Below, in pieces: positions 9,954 through 20,216 of a DNA stretch of 64,000 bases. Under the pieces are notes generated by a model. The model saw only the letters and a program-made list of their open reading frames with translations. It did not search any database and was not told where the DNA came from. Source of the stretch: an uncultured Candidatus Binatia bacterium (lineage in GTDB: Bacteria > Desulfobacterota > Binatia > Bin18); contig OZ243961.1 in the NCBI GenBank assembly GCA_965214605.1, positions 480,001 to 544,000 on the forward strand. The letters are read 5' to 3'. Position numbers and translations under genes: made by a program. Positions within the stretch are counted from its first letter, which is position 1. Every line of letters starts with the position of its first letter.

Positions 9954-11338
9954 CAAGCTTGGGACGGTTCAGGAGGAGAGGCTCGATCAAGCGCAATCCC
10001 AAGCTGCTCCATTTTGCGGTACAGCGAAGAGCGGCTGATCCCCAGCAGCTTGGCCGTCCGCACCCGGTCCTGGCCAGCCTCCCGTAGCACGTGCTCAATG
10101 TGGCTTTTTTCGTAGCCCTGTAGCACGCTTTTCAGCTCATAGCCGGCAGCTTGGCCGGGAGCTCGGCCGAACGCGTCTCCCCCCGGGAAGTCTTCCGGAC
10201 CCAACCACTCGTCATTGCCCAGAATCATAGCCCGCTCTAAGACATTCTCCATCTCGCGCACATTGCCCTTCCAGGGTGCGGCGATAAGGAGTTGCATCGC
10301 CTCATGGGTTACCCCTTTACAGTTTTTCTTCATCTCTACATTGTGGCGCTGAATCAGATACTCAACCAAAGGAGGAATATCGATCCGCCGCTCCCGTAGC
10401 GGCGGAACCACGATGCCAACCACATTGAGGCGATAGAACAGGTCTTCGCGGAAGCGCCCGGCCACAATCTCTTTTTCGAGATCTCGATTACTCGCGGCTA
10501 GGATACGCACATCGACCTGTATGGGTGTGGTCGCCCCGACCGGCAAGACCTCTTTGCGCTCGATAACCCGCAACAGCTTGGGCTGGAGGGTCAGAGGCAG
10601 CTCCCCGATCTCATCCAAAAAAATCGTTCCTCCCTGGGCCTTGCGAAAGAGGCCGTCCTGAGCGCTAAGGGCGCCCGTAAAGGCGCCCTTAGTATGACCA
10701 AACAACTGGCTCTCTAAAAGCGTATCCGGGATAGCGCTACAGTTTACGGGCAGAAAAACCTTGTCCCTACGCTGGCTCTCGGCGTGAATCGCCCGGGCGA
10801 CGAGTTCCTTGCCCACCCCGCTCTCGCCGGTGATCAGAACCGTGCTGGCCGCTGGCGCAACCTTGGTGATCATCTTGAGCACCTCGCGCATCGCTGGGCT
10901 CTGGCCCACCATGCCGCTAGGGTCGATATGTCTGTTGACCTCGCGCCGCAACATCTGGTTTTCCCAGGCCAGACTCTTGTGCTCCATGAGCAAATGGACC
11001 TTGCGTAGTAAGTCATCGAACATGATTGGCTTGAGCAGATAGTCTTGGGCGCCGAGCTGGAGGGCGGCAACAGCCGTATCGACCGAGGCATGGGCGGTCA
11101 TAATCGCCACGAAGGTTTGGGGAGCAACGTCTCGTACGTGCTGGAGCACGTCTAGGCCGTCAGCCCCAGGTATACGTAAGTCGGTCAGCACCAGGTCGAA
11201 GTCGCGCTCATCAATGGCGACCAGCGCTGCCTGACCATCTGCGACTTCGTGAACCCGATAGCCTTCTTCGTGCAGCACCCGACAAATATTTTTTCGTGGG
11301 ATCGTTTCGTCTTCGACCACGAGAATAGTGCCCGTCAT
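9950..11338 (-). CDS. Sigma54-dependent response regulator (NtrC/AtoC/ZraR family)
   Basis: REC domain (VVEDE, DLVLTD), GESGVGKE, GAFTGA, FLDEIGE, WKGNVRE, C-terminal Fis HTH. Confidence 0.95.
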   Translation of the reverse strand: MTGTILVVEDETIPRKNICRVLHEEGYRVHEVADGQAALVAIDERDFDLVLTDLRIPGADGLDVLQHVRDVAPQTFVAIMTAHASVDTAVAALQLGAQDYLLKPIMFDDLLRKVHLLMEHKSLAWENQMLRREVNRHIDPSGMVGQSPAMREVLKMITKVAPAASTVLITGESGVGKELVARAIHAESQRRDKVFLPVNCSAIPDTLLESQLFGHTKGAFTGALSAQDGLFRKAQGGTIFLDEIGELPLTLQPKLLRVIERKEVLPVGATTPIQVDVRILAASNRDLEKEIVAGRFREDLFYRLNVVGIVVPPLRERRIDIPPLVEYLIQRHNVEMKKNCKGVTHEAMQLLIAAPWKGNVREMENVLERAMILGNDEWLGPEDFPGGDAFGRAPGQAAGYELKSVLQGYEKSHIEHVLREAGQDRVRTAKLLGISRSSLYRKMEQLGIALDRASPPEPSQAC

Positions 11339-11574
11339 GTCAACACTCCATCTCAAAAACGGGACACTTCCTTTTTTACCCAACTCCGCCTCAATAAGTA
11401 AAGAGGGACACATCACCTACATGTTGAGGAGGAGCACCCAGACCTTCGACGCCCGCCAGCCCCTGACCCAAGACAGACACAGGGGCCGGAAGGGCGTCGC
11501 CCTGCACTTCTCTCTGTTCCAGGAATCGCGCTCCTAGGCAAAATCGCCGATATGTCGCCGATATGAATGGTGCG

Positions 11575-12687
11575 TCACAGTTTTGGGGAATAGCGATTCG
11601 TATCGTAATAGCGCTCAATATCAATCGTCTTTAGCGTGCTGACGGCCTCGGCTAACGACACGAAAGACAGCTGACAGGCGGGAGCAACACCACGTGCACT
11701 GACCATCTGCCCAAAGGCTCCTTGGACCACGGCTTCCACCGCCGCGACCCCAAAGAGTCTCCCCATGATACGATCCACCACAGAGGGAGATCCGCCCCGC
11801 TGGCTATGGCCAATGACAAGGGCCCGGGCGTCAAAAGGAGTGTCTTGATGGATGTGCTCCGCCAGCACATTGCCAATTCCGCCCAAACGCTCGTGGCCAA
11901 AAGCATCACGGCTCGTATCCAGCTTCACCAGACCCTTATCAACCGCAGTCGCCCCTTCCGCAACCACAATGACCGCGTAGCGCGGATAGCGCCGATCATG
12001 CTCTGCCCGCTCAAAACGTTTGGTCAAGAGTTCGTAGACGTGTTCATACGTAAAAGGATACTCGGGAATAAGCGCCATGGCAGCTCCGCCCGCCATAGCA
12101 CTCCACAGGGCTAAGTGGCCGGCGTGTCGCCCCATGACCTCCACGACCTGAACCCAATGGTGGGAGCCGGCCGGGCTGCGGACCTTTTCGATCACCTCGG
12201 CACAGTTCCGCAACGCGGTATCAAAACCAAGCGTGTAGTCGGTGTGGTTCAAGTCATTGTCGATAGTCTTCGGAATACCAACGATCTTACCGCCCTGCTG
12301 GTACAACCTATTTGCGACCCCAAGCGTGTCTTCTCCGCCTAGCGCAATCACCGCATCAAGCTGCAAGCGCTCGATATTGGACAAGACCTCAGCCGAGCGG
12401 TCACTCGGCTCGGTTTGGCCTAGAGGTGGGGTACGGAACGGGTTAGTCCGAGAGGAACCGAGATGCGTGCCTCCATCACGGTCCCAGCGCCGGACCGTGT
12501 GATCTTCCAGGCGCATCCACTCCCGACAGCCTTCGTTCAACAGCCCCTGCCAACCGTCGTACAGACCGATGATCTCAATCCCCAGGACGGTTGCCTTATA
12601 GACAATGGCTTTCAGTGCAGGATTCAAGCCGGGCGCATCACCACCCCCGGTCAAGAGTCCAATCCGTTTGATCTGCTGCGTACTCAT
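11575..12687 (-). CDS. pfkA: 6-phosphofructokinase, group III, probably PPi-dependent
   Basis: TGGGDAPGLN, GGEDT, PKTIDND, VEVMGRHAG. Confidence 0.9.
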   Translation of the reverse strand: MSTQQIKRIGLLTGGGDAPGLNPALKAIVYKATVLGIEIIGLYDGWQGLLNEGCREWMRLEDHTVRRWDRDGGTHLGSSRTNPFRTPPLGQTEPSDRSAEVLSNIERLQLDAVIALGGEDTLGVANRLYQQGGKIVGIPKTIDNDLNHTDYTLGFDTALRNCAEVIEKVRSPAGSHHWVQVVEVMGRHAGHLALWSAMAGGAAMALIPEYPFTYEHVYELLTKRFERAEHDRRYPRYAVIVVAEGATAVDKGLVKLDTSRDAFGHERLGGIGNVLAEHIHQDTPFDARALVIGHSQRGGSPSVVDRIMGRLFGVAAVEAVVQGAFGQMVSARGVAPACQLSFVSLAEAVSTLKTIDIERYYDTNRYSPKL

Positions 12688-12848
12688 AGGAGCTTGCTAA
12701 GGGGGGCCGAGATGAAAAAGCATATGGACAATTCTGAGATTCCCGTATCCCAAAAAAGGAGAGCAGACAAGTACGGACGTGCCCGCCTCAATCTCTTGCT
12801 TTTCGATTGAGTACAGAGATATCCTTGAGGGTGGCAAAGGAGAGATTT

Positions 12849-13142
12849 ATGCAGTTTTTGATCACCATCACATGGCGCGCCGGCGCGACCGTGGCTCAAA
12901 ACCGCTCGGCCGCCAGCATAGTCCAACGACGTCTTATGAAGCCGACCAAGGGAGTAAGAATCATGAACACCGTGGCCGACCTAGGCAAGCGCAAGCTGTA
13001 TGTTCTGGCCGAGGTGACCGAAGAGGCGGTGAACAATATCCAAGACACTTTGGAACTCACCACCCAGCCGGCGATAGACAGTGTAGAGACAACCCTGGTC
13101 GTAGACGGCAAGAGGGCGATCAACATTTATCTGACAATGTGA
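12849..13142 (+). CDS. Small alpha/beta protein (DUF3303/AsnC-C-like fold, tentative)
   Basis: AAGGAG RBS before ATG 12849; MQFLITITW...KGVRI...KLYVLAEV...VETTLVVD pattern. Confidence 0.55.
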   Translation: MQFLITITWRAGATVAQNRSAASIVQRRLMKPTKGVRIMNTVADLGKRKLYVLAEVTEEAVNNIQDTLELTTQPAIDSVETTLVVDGKRAINIYLTM

Positions 13143-13184
13143 TCTCTAAAGGGGTGCTTGGCACCCGGGGCGGCAGGTATGACC

Positions 13185-13604
13185 CTATTCTTCCAGCATT
13201 TTTCGGACTTCTTCGGCATCGTCTTCAGCACTCGCCAGTGCTCCTTCCAGAAACACGCGCAGAGCAGTGTTCCCGACAGCATCGGCCAGCTTGATACACT
13301 CCTGATACTCCTTCACCGCGGCCTCTTCCAGAGCCAAACTCTCGGTCAAGATCACCTCTGACTTCGTCGAATGGGTAATCTCCGGCACCTCGGTTGTTGG
13401 AATACCACCCAGCGAGACAATCTTATCGGCCAGCTTAAAGGCGTCTTCCATCTCCTTCTGGACCTGACCGCGTAACCAACTCACCATCGCCGGACGCCGC
13501 ATCCCCTTAACCATGTACGAGTTCTGGACATACTGAAAGATAGTCCGATACTCACTCTGTAGAGTCTTGTTCAGTTGCGCCAGCAATTTTTCACTATTGG
13601 CCAT
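13185..13604 (-). CDS. Bacterioferritin-like four-helix protein with degenerate ferroxidase site
   Basis: LNKTLQSEY..QY, EM..A..LADKIVSLGGIP, LALEE..V..Y; AGGAGG RBS. Confidence 0.8.
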   Translation of the reverse strand: MANSEKLLAQLNKTLQSEYRTIFQYVQNSYMVKGMRRPAMVSWLRGQVQKEMEDAFKLADKIVSLGGIPTTEVPEITHSTKSEVILTESLALEEAAVKEYQECIKLADAVGNTALRVFLEGALASAEDDAEEVRKMLEE

Positions 13605-14079
13605 TGTATCCCTCCTTGTGGTGACTGCAGTATAGCACCTCGCCCACTCTTGTCCGACTGAGAAGGTACTGGTCCCAATACTATATGCAATAGCATATAT
13701 GCTGGCAATTCCTCACGATCTCGCACAAGAGACCATCCAGGAATGATATAATCAGTCAGATGCCCGGCCCAGCTTTCTTCACTCCTCATTTATCGGACCT
13801 CAAGACGAGGGGGACGAGAGACAATTCTTGTCACCCAAATATCACTTTTTCAGCTTGACTATTGACCGAGACTTGGGCTAGTAAAGACCCAAAATATCTG
13901 CTTCGAATCTTAAAGCAGCTGCGGATAAGGTCCCTGATGATGGTGTCCTCTAGTCGCGTGTTTTCGCCCTTCCCCATCGTTTGGTACAGAGAAGCTTCGG
14001 AGAGTGGCAGAGGGAGATTTGAACCAAGTGTGAGCAAGCCACCTTACCTCGTTTGACGTTGAACCAAGGAGACAGAAAC

Positions 14080-14643
14080 ATGGTAAGAGATGATCTGACA
14101 ACACGATATTCGAGTGAGGGCATTGAAGAGGAAGAACACATCATAGCAGAGCGGACGGCTCCTGCCCGGCGCCAGCTTGATGAGAGTGCGCTCCACGAAC
14201 CCATCAGCACCCTCCCCTATGTTCCCCCCCTCAATGTCACTCCCCAGACAAGTGTGGCCGAGGCCGTTCGCCTCATGCAGGAACAGGGCGTTGGCTGTGT
14301 CTTAGTCCAAGAGGCGGACCGTTTAGTTGGGATTTTTACGGAGCGTGATCTGTTGAACAAAGTCCTCGACAGTGGTCAGGAGCTAGCCCAGGTTCGAGTC
14401 GAATCTGTTATGACGGCAGACCCCGATGCCTTGCCAACAGACGCCCCGATCGCCTTTGCCCTCAACCGTATGGGAGAGGGCGGCTTTCGACGGCTCCCAC
14501 TCGTAGACGAGGCCCATCAGCCAGTCGGTATGCTGTCGGTCAAGCATATTATCTCTTACCTAGCCGAGTTCTTTCCAGAAGCCGTGCTCAATCTCCCCCC
14601 CCAGGCAGAGCTGCTGCACCCCGGCGAAATTGACGGGGGCTGA
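14080..14643 (+). CDS. CBS-domain pair protein
   Basis: VGCVLV...LVGIFTERD...VMTADP...FRRLPLVD. Confidence 0.9.
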   Translation: MVRDDLTTRYSSEGIEEEEHIIAERTAPARRQLDESALHEPISTLPYVPPLNVTPQTSVAEAVRLMQEQGVGCVLVQEADRLVGIFTERDLLNKVLDSGQELAQVRVESVMTADPDALPTDAPIAFALNRMGEGGFRRLPLVDEAHQPVGMLSVKHIISYLAEFFPEAVLNLPPQAELLHPGEIDGG

Positions 14644-14658
14644 GACGCCCAGCCCCTC

Positions 14659-15459
14659 TTAGCCGATCCTAGCGCTCTGCCCACCGTCAACCGGCAGAAC
14701 CACCCCGGTAATAAACCGGGCCTCGTCCGAGGCCAGAAACAGCGAGGCATAGGCGATATCCCAGCCAGTGCCCATTTTTCTACCCAGGGGCACCTGGGCG
14801 TCACGTTCCTGGCGCAGGGCGTCTTTGGAAATATGACGGGCGGCTGAAATACCCTCAATGGCCATCGGGGTATCCATCAGACCAGGCATGATAGCGTTAA
14901 CCCGAATACCATATTTGGCGTTGCCAAGGGCCATCTGATGGGTCATGGCGTTGATACCGGCCTTGGAGGTTTTATAGGCCAACATGCCAACCGAGCACAC
15001 CGCAGCAATTGAGGAGATACTGATGATACTGCCGCTTCCCTGCTCGCGCATAATCGGCAGGCTATGCTTACACGGCAGAAAGACGCTCTTCATATTGACA
15101 CTCATGATTCGGTCCCAGGCTTCTTCCTGAAGGTGGGTGGGACCCGAGTCATGGTCTCCAATACCGACGTTATTCTGCAGAATATCAACCCGCCCAAACT
15201 GTTGGACACAGCTCTCGACCATGCTTCGACAGTCGTCCGAGCTGGTAGCATCGGCCCGAAAGGCGACGGCTTGGCCGTCCTCTTTGGCAATCATCTTACA
15301 TGTCTCCTGGGCTGACTCCAGCCGTCGGTCTACCACGAGCACCCGAGCACCTTCGCGGGCATAGACGATAGCGGTGGCCCGGCCGTTGCCAATCGTATCG
15401 CCCGGTGTTTGACCCGCCCCAACAACAATCGCCACCTTGTCTTTGAGTCGGTCTGCCAT
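14659..15459 (-). CDS. SDR family oxidoreductase
   Basis: GAGQTPGDTIGNG, NNVGI, YKTSK, VDGG. Confidence 0.92.
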   Translation of the reverse strand: MADRLKDKVAIVVGAGQTPGDTIGNGRATAIVYAREGARVLVVDRRLESAQETCKMIAKEDGQAVAFRADATSSDDCRSMVESCVQQFGRVDILQNNVGIGDHDSGPTHLQEEAWDRIMSVNMKSVFLPCKHSLPIMREQGSGSIISISSIAAVCSVGMLAYKTSKAGINAMTHQMALGNAKYGIRVNAIMPGLMDTPMAIEGISAARHISKDALRQERDAQVPLGRKMGTGWDIAYASLFLASDEARFITGVVLPVDGGQSARIG

Positions 15460-15622
15460 ACGTCCTCCTTTGCGGCAGGGCCGTGCGCCCTGCGGTGTTT
15501 CACCGGACGCTAGCACCGTGCCGGCCCAAGGACAAGAAAGAGCAAAAGAGGGGATGATGACCGGATTAGACCGGCTTATTCTTGTACCGTTTGGATTTCA
15601 TACAAATTTCATAAAAAATATC

Positions 15623-15646
15623 TTGACTGAATGAACGTTCATGTCA
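15623..15646. promoter_or_regulatory. Palindromic operator next to a -35-like box (TetR-type)
   Basis: TTGACT followed by the perfect palindrome ATGAACGTTCAT (15631-15642) between divergent genes. Confidence 0.55.
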
Positions 15647-15728
15647 TATTCATAATCGCTGGCAAAAAATGGAACACGGGCGATACTGTCTAAGAGGATA
15701 TCCCCTCGGAGCGCGCCCGGGAGGCAAC

Positions 15729-17189
15729 ATGACGCACCGAGCTGTTCAGCTCGTCGCACTTCTCGTCTTGACGGCTCTCATAGCGGAAGACCGATCGGTG
15801 GCGGCCGAGGAGACCGCCCGGCGAAGCTGGAAAACCCTCGATGAACTGTCCGCACGAGAACTCCAAAACATCGACCAAGCGACGGCCACCCCGCGTCATC
15901 CCGAGGTGGCCTATCTGCCAGCCGAGCCCTATCCATTCAGTCCACCCTACACCGCTGAAGAGATGGGCTACCGACTGATGGAATATAACCCGCGTCCGCG
16001 TTGGTCGGGGGCGGTGGCCAACAGCTGGGCATCAATCGGTGACTCCGGCGTACTGCTGAATCCCGGCAAGTCGATTACCTTTGTCGATTATGCGCCGGCG
16101 GAGCGTGGGCTCACGGGCGTGCAGGCTGAGTTTCGTCTGAAGGCTGGCGAGGAAGTCTATCGTTCGTTGAGCCAGGGTATCGCTCCCCCGGCTGCCGAAG
16201 GGTCACAGTGGATTGCGATCCATTATCGGACCGATAAGAGCTTTTACAAGAAGGAAGAGCGTTTCCGCTATTCGCCGTCTATCCGGCGTGTGCGCCACCA
16301 AGTTCCCCGGCGGCGCCAGAGCCGTTTTCCCAACATGGCGCTGACGCCGGATGACTCGTATGGGCGGGACGCCTGGGAGTTTACCTGGCGTATTCTTGGC
16401 ACGGACGTGGTGCATCAGACGGTGCGTTTTCCACACACGCGACCGACGATCACGCTCCGAGATAGTGAGACCAGCGAATTTCGAAAGTATCAGACCGAGG
16501 CGCTCAAACTGATGGGCACCTCTTATCCCCACTACAACGCTGACGGCGGGGTTGAGTGTTATGTTGTCGAGGCCGTTGCCCGCGAAGACTGGCTGCCGAA
16601 CTACTATGTGCCGCGCCTGATCTTCTGGCTGGACAAACACTCGTTTTTTCCCCTGCGGATCGAACAGTACGGTCCGGACGGCAATCTGCTCCATATTGAG
16701 GTCCGGATGGCTGACCTGTTCAATCCGGCCCTAGGCGAACAGGGGTATGGCACCCGCTTTATTGTCCATTGGCATATTCCGCCCGATATCATGTCCTACA
16801 TGTCCAACGACAGCCATAAGGTGATTGATTGGGATGCGCGGGAAGCCGAGATTTATTTCAATCCCGACTTTCTGCGCCGTCAGTGGTATCTCGATACCTC
16901 AATCAAAACCCAAGCCGAGGTGAAATATCCGGAAGAATTCTTCCTGCGACCGAGCATGTGGCCGGACAAGTTTCCAAACCAGCGCCCGATACAACTGTCA
17001 GCCGCCATGCAGGTCAAGCTGCAGGCCCAAAATACGGCCAACCGGCTGGTTTTTCGAGGGGAAACCCTGCCCGTTCAGGTGACGGCCGAACAGACATCCA
17101 CCGCCTCAGACCGGGCCAGTGCTCAGCCTCGCATCGGCCAACAAGACGCGACGACGCGCTACGTCCAGAATCCGGCGAGCCGACGCTAA
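15729..17189 (+). CDS. Exported DUF1329 / lipoprotein-sorting-like protein
   Basis: Signal peptide; YSPSIRRVR, ECYVVEA, FWLDKHSFFPLRIEQY motifs. Confidence 0.7.
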   Translation: MTHRAVQLVALLVLTALIAEDRSVAAEETARRSWKTLDELSARELQNIDQATATPRHPEVAYLPAEPYPFSPPYTAEEMGYRLMEYNPRPRWSGAVANSWASIGDSGVLLNPGKSITFVDYAPAERGLTGVQAEFRLKAGEEVYRSLSQGIAPPAAEGSQWIAIHYRTDKSFYKKEERFRYSPSIRRVRHQVPRRRQSRFPNMALTPDDSYGRDAWEFTWRILGTDVVHQTVRFPHTRPTITLRDSETSEFRKYQTEALKLMGTSYPHYNADGGVECYVVEAVAREDWLPNYYVPRLIFWLDKHSFFPLRIEQYGPDGNLLHIEVRMADLFNPALGEQGYGTRFIVHWHIPPDIMSYMSNDSHKVIDWDAREAEIYFNPDFLRRQWYLDTSIKTQAEVKYPEEFFLRPSMWPDKFPNQRPIQLSAAMQVKLQAQNTANRLVFRGETLPVQVTAEQTSTASDRASAQPRIGQQDATTRYVQNPASRR

Positions 17190-17370
17190 CTCGATTCCTC
17201 CTGCGGGTGGGAGGCCCGGTACCCTCCCGAGCCTCTCACTCGGCCCTCCACCCCATCAGAGCCTCCTTCGGCTCAGCCACCCGTGCTCAGGCCCTTGTCC
17301 CTCGCAGTCGAGCGGCCTATGCTCTGGAGTCGGTTGCCCCCTTATCCCATCAAGTCTAGAGAGGACCACT

Positions 17371-18171
17371 ATGGAGTTCCGTTACGTTCTCGTACAGCGG
17401 GAAGAAGGTATTTGTCGTATTACCCTCAACCGCCCCGAACGCCTCAATGCCATCAACGTTCGCGTCGGGCTCGAACTCCTCGAGGCATTCGAGGACTGCG
17501 AGCGGGACGCCGAGGTGCGGGTCGTTATTCTCACCGGGGCGGGCCGGGCGTTCTGTGCAGGCGATGATCTCAAAGGCATGGCCGAGCCGGGCGAGCCCTA
17601 TCGCGTTTACGACGATCCGGTCAAACAGTATGTGCAGGGTGAGGGTCGCTGGACCTTGGTCTTGGCCAAGATGCGAGCCTTATCCAAGCCGGTGATTGGG
17701 ATGATCAACGGTCACGCCCACGGCGCGGGCTTTAACCTGGCCCTGGGCTGTGATCTACGGGTGATGGCAGACACGGCCACCCTGTGCATCCCGTTTGTCA
17801 AGCGCGGAATTGCAACCGGGACCAGTCTCCTGCAACAGTTTGTAGGCATTGGCAAAGCTATGGAGTGGGCCTTACTGGCCCCACAGCTGTCGGCTCAGGA
17901 GGCCGAACGTTGGGGACTCGTCAACCGAATTGTGCCCTTGGAGCAGCTCGAACAAGCCACCTTGGAGTGGGCACGCGAATTTGCTCAGGGACCAACTCTG
18001 ACCTACGGCTACACGAAGTCAGCCATCCTCCACGGTTGGGAAACGACGACGCCAGACAAAGCCTACGCATATCAAGGACAGGCCCTCTATTACGCCCGCC
18101 AAACCGAGGACTTTGAAGAAGGGCGCCGGGCTTTTCTGGAAAAACGTTCACCGCAGTTTAAAGGCAAATAG
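17371..18171 (+). CDS. Enoyl-CoA hydratase/isomerase family
   Basis: ITLNRPERLNA, AFCAGDDL, AHGAGFNLALGCD, FLEKRSPQFKG. Confidence 0.92.
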   Translation: MEFRYVLVQREEGICRITLNRPERLNAINVRVGLELLEAFEDCERDAEVRVVILTGAGRAFCAGDDLKGMAEPGEPYRVYDDPVKQYVQGEGRWTLVLAKMRALSKPVIGMINGHAHGAGFNLALGCDLRVMADTATLCIPFVKRGIATGTSLLQQFVGIGKAMEWALLAPQLSAQEAERWGLVNRIVPLEQLEQATLEWAREFAQGPTLTYGYTKSAILHGWETTTPDKAYAYQGQALYYARQTEDFEEGRRAFLEKRSPQFKGK

Positions 18172-18191
18172 CACGCGCCGTAAACATACCC

Positions 18192-19064
18192 TCATAACTC
18201 CTTGACTCGCCGCGAAGTCATAGCCTCCCCGGTACTGCCCCGGTTGACATGGCTGTTGCGCGCTTGGGCCTCCTGCTTGAGCGAAAAGCGCCGCCACATA
18301 TCCGGGCCAATAGCGGTCAATCCACCGTCAACGACCAGGGCTTCACCAGTGATAAAAGCGGCGTCTTGACTGGCCAAAAACAAGGCTGCCCCCGCGATAT
18401 TTTCTCCTGTTCCGTGTTCCGGCCAGGGCTGGAAACCGGCTAATGCTCGGGCCGTTACCTGCGGATCGCCCTGGGCGGTGAGTCCGGTCAGAATAGCCCC
18501 CGGGCAGATGGCATTGACCCGGATCCGATCCGGCGCGAGTTGAACGGCGGACGATTTTGTTAGATTAATCACCGCGGCCTTGGCCGCGGAATAGACCAAC
18601 GGACCAGACCCCCCACTCAGTCCGGCGGTCGAGGCGGTATTGATAATCGATCCGCCGTGCCCCTGTTTTTTCATGGCCCGAGCGGCGTGCTTAATGCCGA
18701 GGAATACGCCCTTGGTGAGCACATCAAACGTGTAATCCCACTCCTCAACCGCGATATCCCAGACTGGTCCGACGACCCCGCCCACCCCGGCATTATTAAA
18801 AAGAATATCCAGCCGGCCAAACTCTGACACCGCCAAGTCAACCATAGCTGCAATATCAGCCTCTTTTGCAACGTCGGTGCGAATAAACCGAACTGTGTCC
18901 GTATGGCCAGCCTCGCGGGCCAGACCGAGCGTTTTTTCGCCGTTGTCCGCGTTATAATCGGCAATAACGATACGCGCCCCTTCGTTAAGAAAACGTATGA
19001 CCGTTGCCTGGCCCATTCCACTTGCCCCACCAGTAATCACTGCAACCTTGCCTTCCAGTCTCAT
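18192..19064 (-). CDS. SDR family oxidoreductase
   Basis: TGGASGMG, NNAG, YSAAK. Confidence 0.92.
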   Translation of the reverse strand: MRLEGKVAVITGGASGMGQATVIRFLNEGARIVIADYNADNGEKTLGLAREAGHTDTVRFIRTDVAKEADIAAMVDLAVSEFGRLDILFNNAGVGGVVGPVWDIAVEEWDYTFDVLTKGVFLGIKHAARAMKKQGHGGSIINTASTAGLSGGSGPLVYSAAKAAVINLTKSSAVQLAPDRIRVNAICPGAILTGLTAQGDPQVTARALAGFQPWPEHGTGENIAGAALFLASQDAAFITGEALVVDGGLTAIGPDMWRRFSLKQEAQARNSHVNRGSTGEAMTSRRVKEL

Positions 19065-19645
19065 CGTGACTGTCTCCTTATCGTATCGCAAATTATATCC
19101 ACCACCACTCTAGCGCATTTTAGTGCCGTAGACAGTACCAGCCGGGCTCCCCGAGCCCTGCAGGAGTGCCCCGCTCAGACGAGCAGTAAGGCAAATATGC
19201 CGCCAAGAGTACAATCTTCTCCCTTAAGCAGTATGGACAAGCCGTCCGCCCACGTCATTGATGCACTACGGAGGCGCGTATCTTTGAGATCTCGTCGTTC
19301 TTGGCCTGTACAGACTGCTGACGGACATCCTTCGTCTCTCCCCTTCACAGAGCTCGCGGAACTCGGCGCTTCTTCCTGAAAGACGACACACTTAAGAGCA
19401 AACTCGGTTGTCTCGGTTGAGGCGGACTTTCCGCGCTTTTTTGAGAATATCTGGGTCGAATAGAATTTCCGTTGAACCAGAAGACGCGGTGGTCTTCCTC
19501 AGAGAGAAAAGCCGCGTAAAAATCCTCCGTGATTGACGGACAAACAAGAGAGGGCGCTGGCCGCAGCTCTAGGTTCAGGATCTATGAGATGTTGGCATCG
19601 CAGATGGAGCGGCAAGGCGTACTCTCGGAGAAACGGCAATAGTCC

Positions 19646-20045
19646 GATTTGCCGGACACGGAACGTCATGCCTTGATCAAGACTCGTGTCGGCCAGGGGG
19701 GTTCAGAAACGCGCAAGTGAATTACTGAGGAGAATGCGCAGCTAAGGCAAGCCTTGCTGAGCGCCTCCCACATCAAGCCTTGGTCACAATCATCACCTAC
19801 GGAGCGCTCATGCCTCTCCAGCGGTTTGCTGCTATCCCTGGGCATCGACGCCTGCTTTGATGCCGGTTTCGTAAGCTTTGACAGCGAGGGCAAGATTCTG
19901 ATATCGACCCAATTGAGCCAGTGAGGACCTGTGGGCAATATGTTTACACTCCGAGATGCGATTGTCCAGGATCGAACCGGAGCACGGAAAGTATCTCGCT
20001 TATCACCGTGACCATGTTTGCCGAGAAAGCTGGCGGCCAGTTTAG
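19646..20045 (+). pseudogene. HNH endonuclease (HNH_2-type) remnant
   Basis: Fragments TERHALIKTRVGQG / LLSASHIKPWSQS..ER..GLLLS..IDACFDAGFVSFDSEGKILIS / KYLAYHRDHV, broken by stops and frameshifts. Confidence 0.8.
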
Positions 20046-20127
20046 AAGACTAAACCTGTAAATGCAGGAGAAGGTTGGTGCAAATCAACTTTCAGAGCAT
20101 CCAGACATTTTCACGCAAAGTGAAAGA

Positions 20128-20216
20128 CCTCAGTCCGTACAGCTGCCCAGTGAGGCCTTTGCCTTTGTTAGCCCCCAAGAGGCGCAGCCCTCAGTCCGTA
20201 CAGCTGCCCAGTGAGG
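20128..20216. repeat. Perfect 28-bp direct repeat pair with a 33-bp spacer
   Basis: CCTCAGTCCGTACAGCTGCCCAGTGAGG at 20128-20155 and 20189-20216. Confidence 0.95.

Noticed and set aside
19090-19640. Unassigned ~550 bp at the island's left edge (possible ncRNA, att site or gene remnant)
   Set aside because: No tRNA, integrase, matching direct repeat or recognisable protein motif found.
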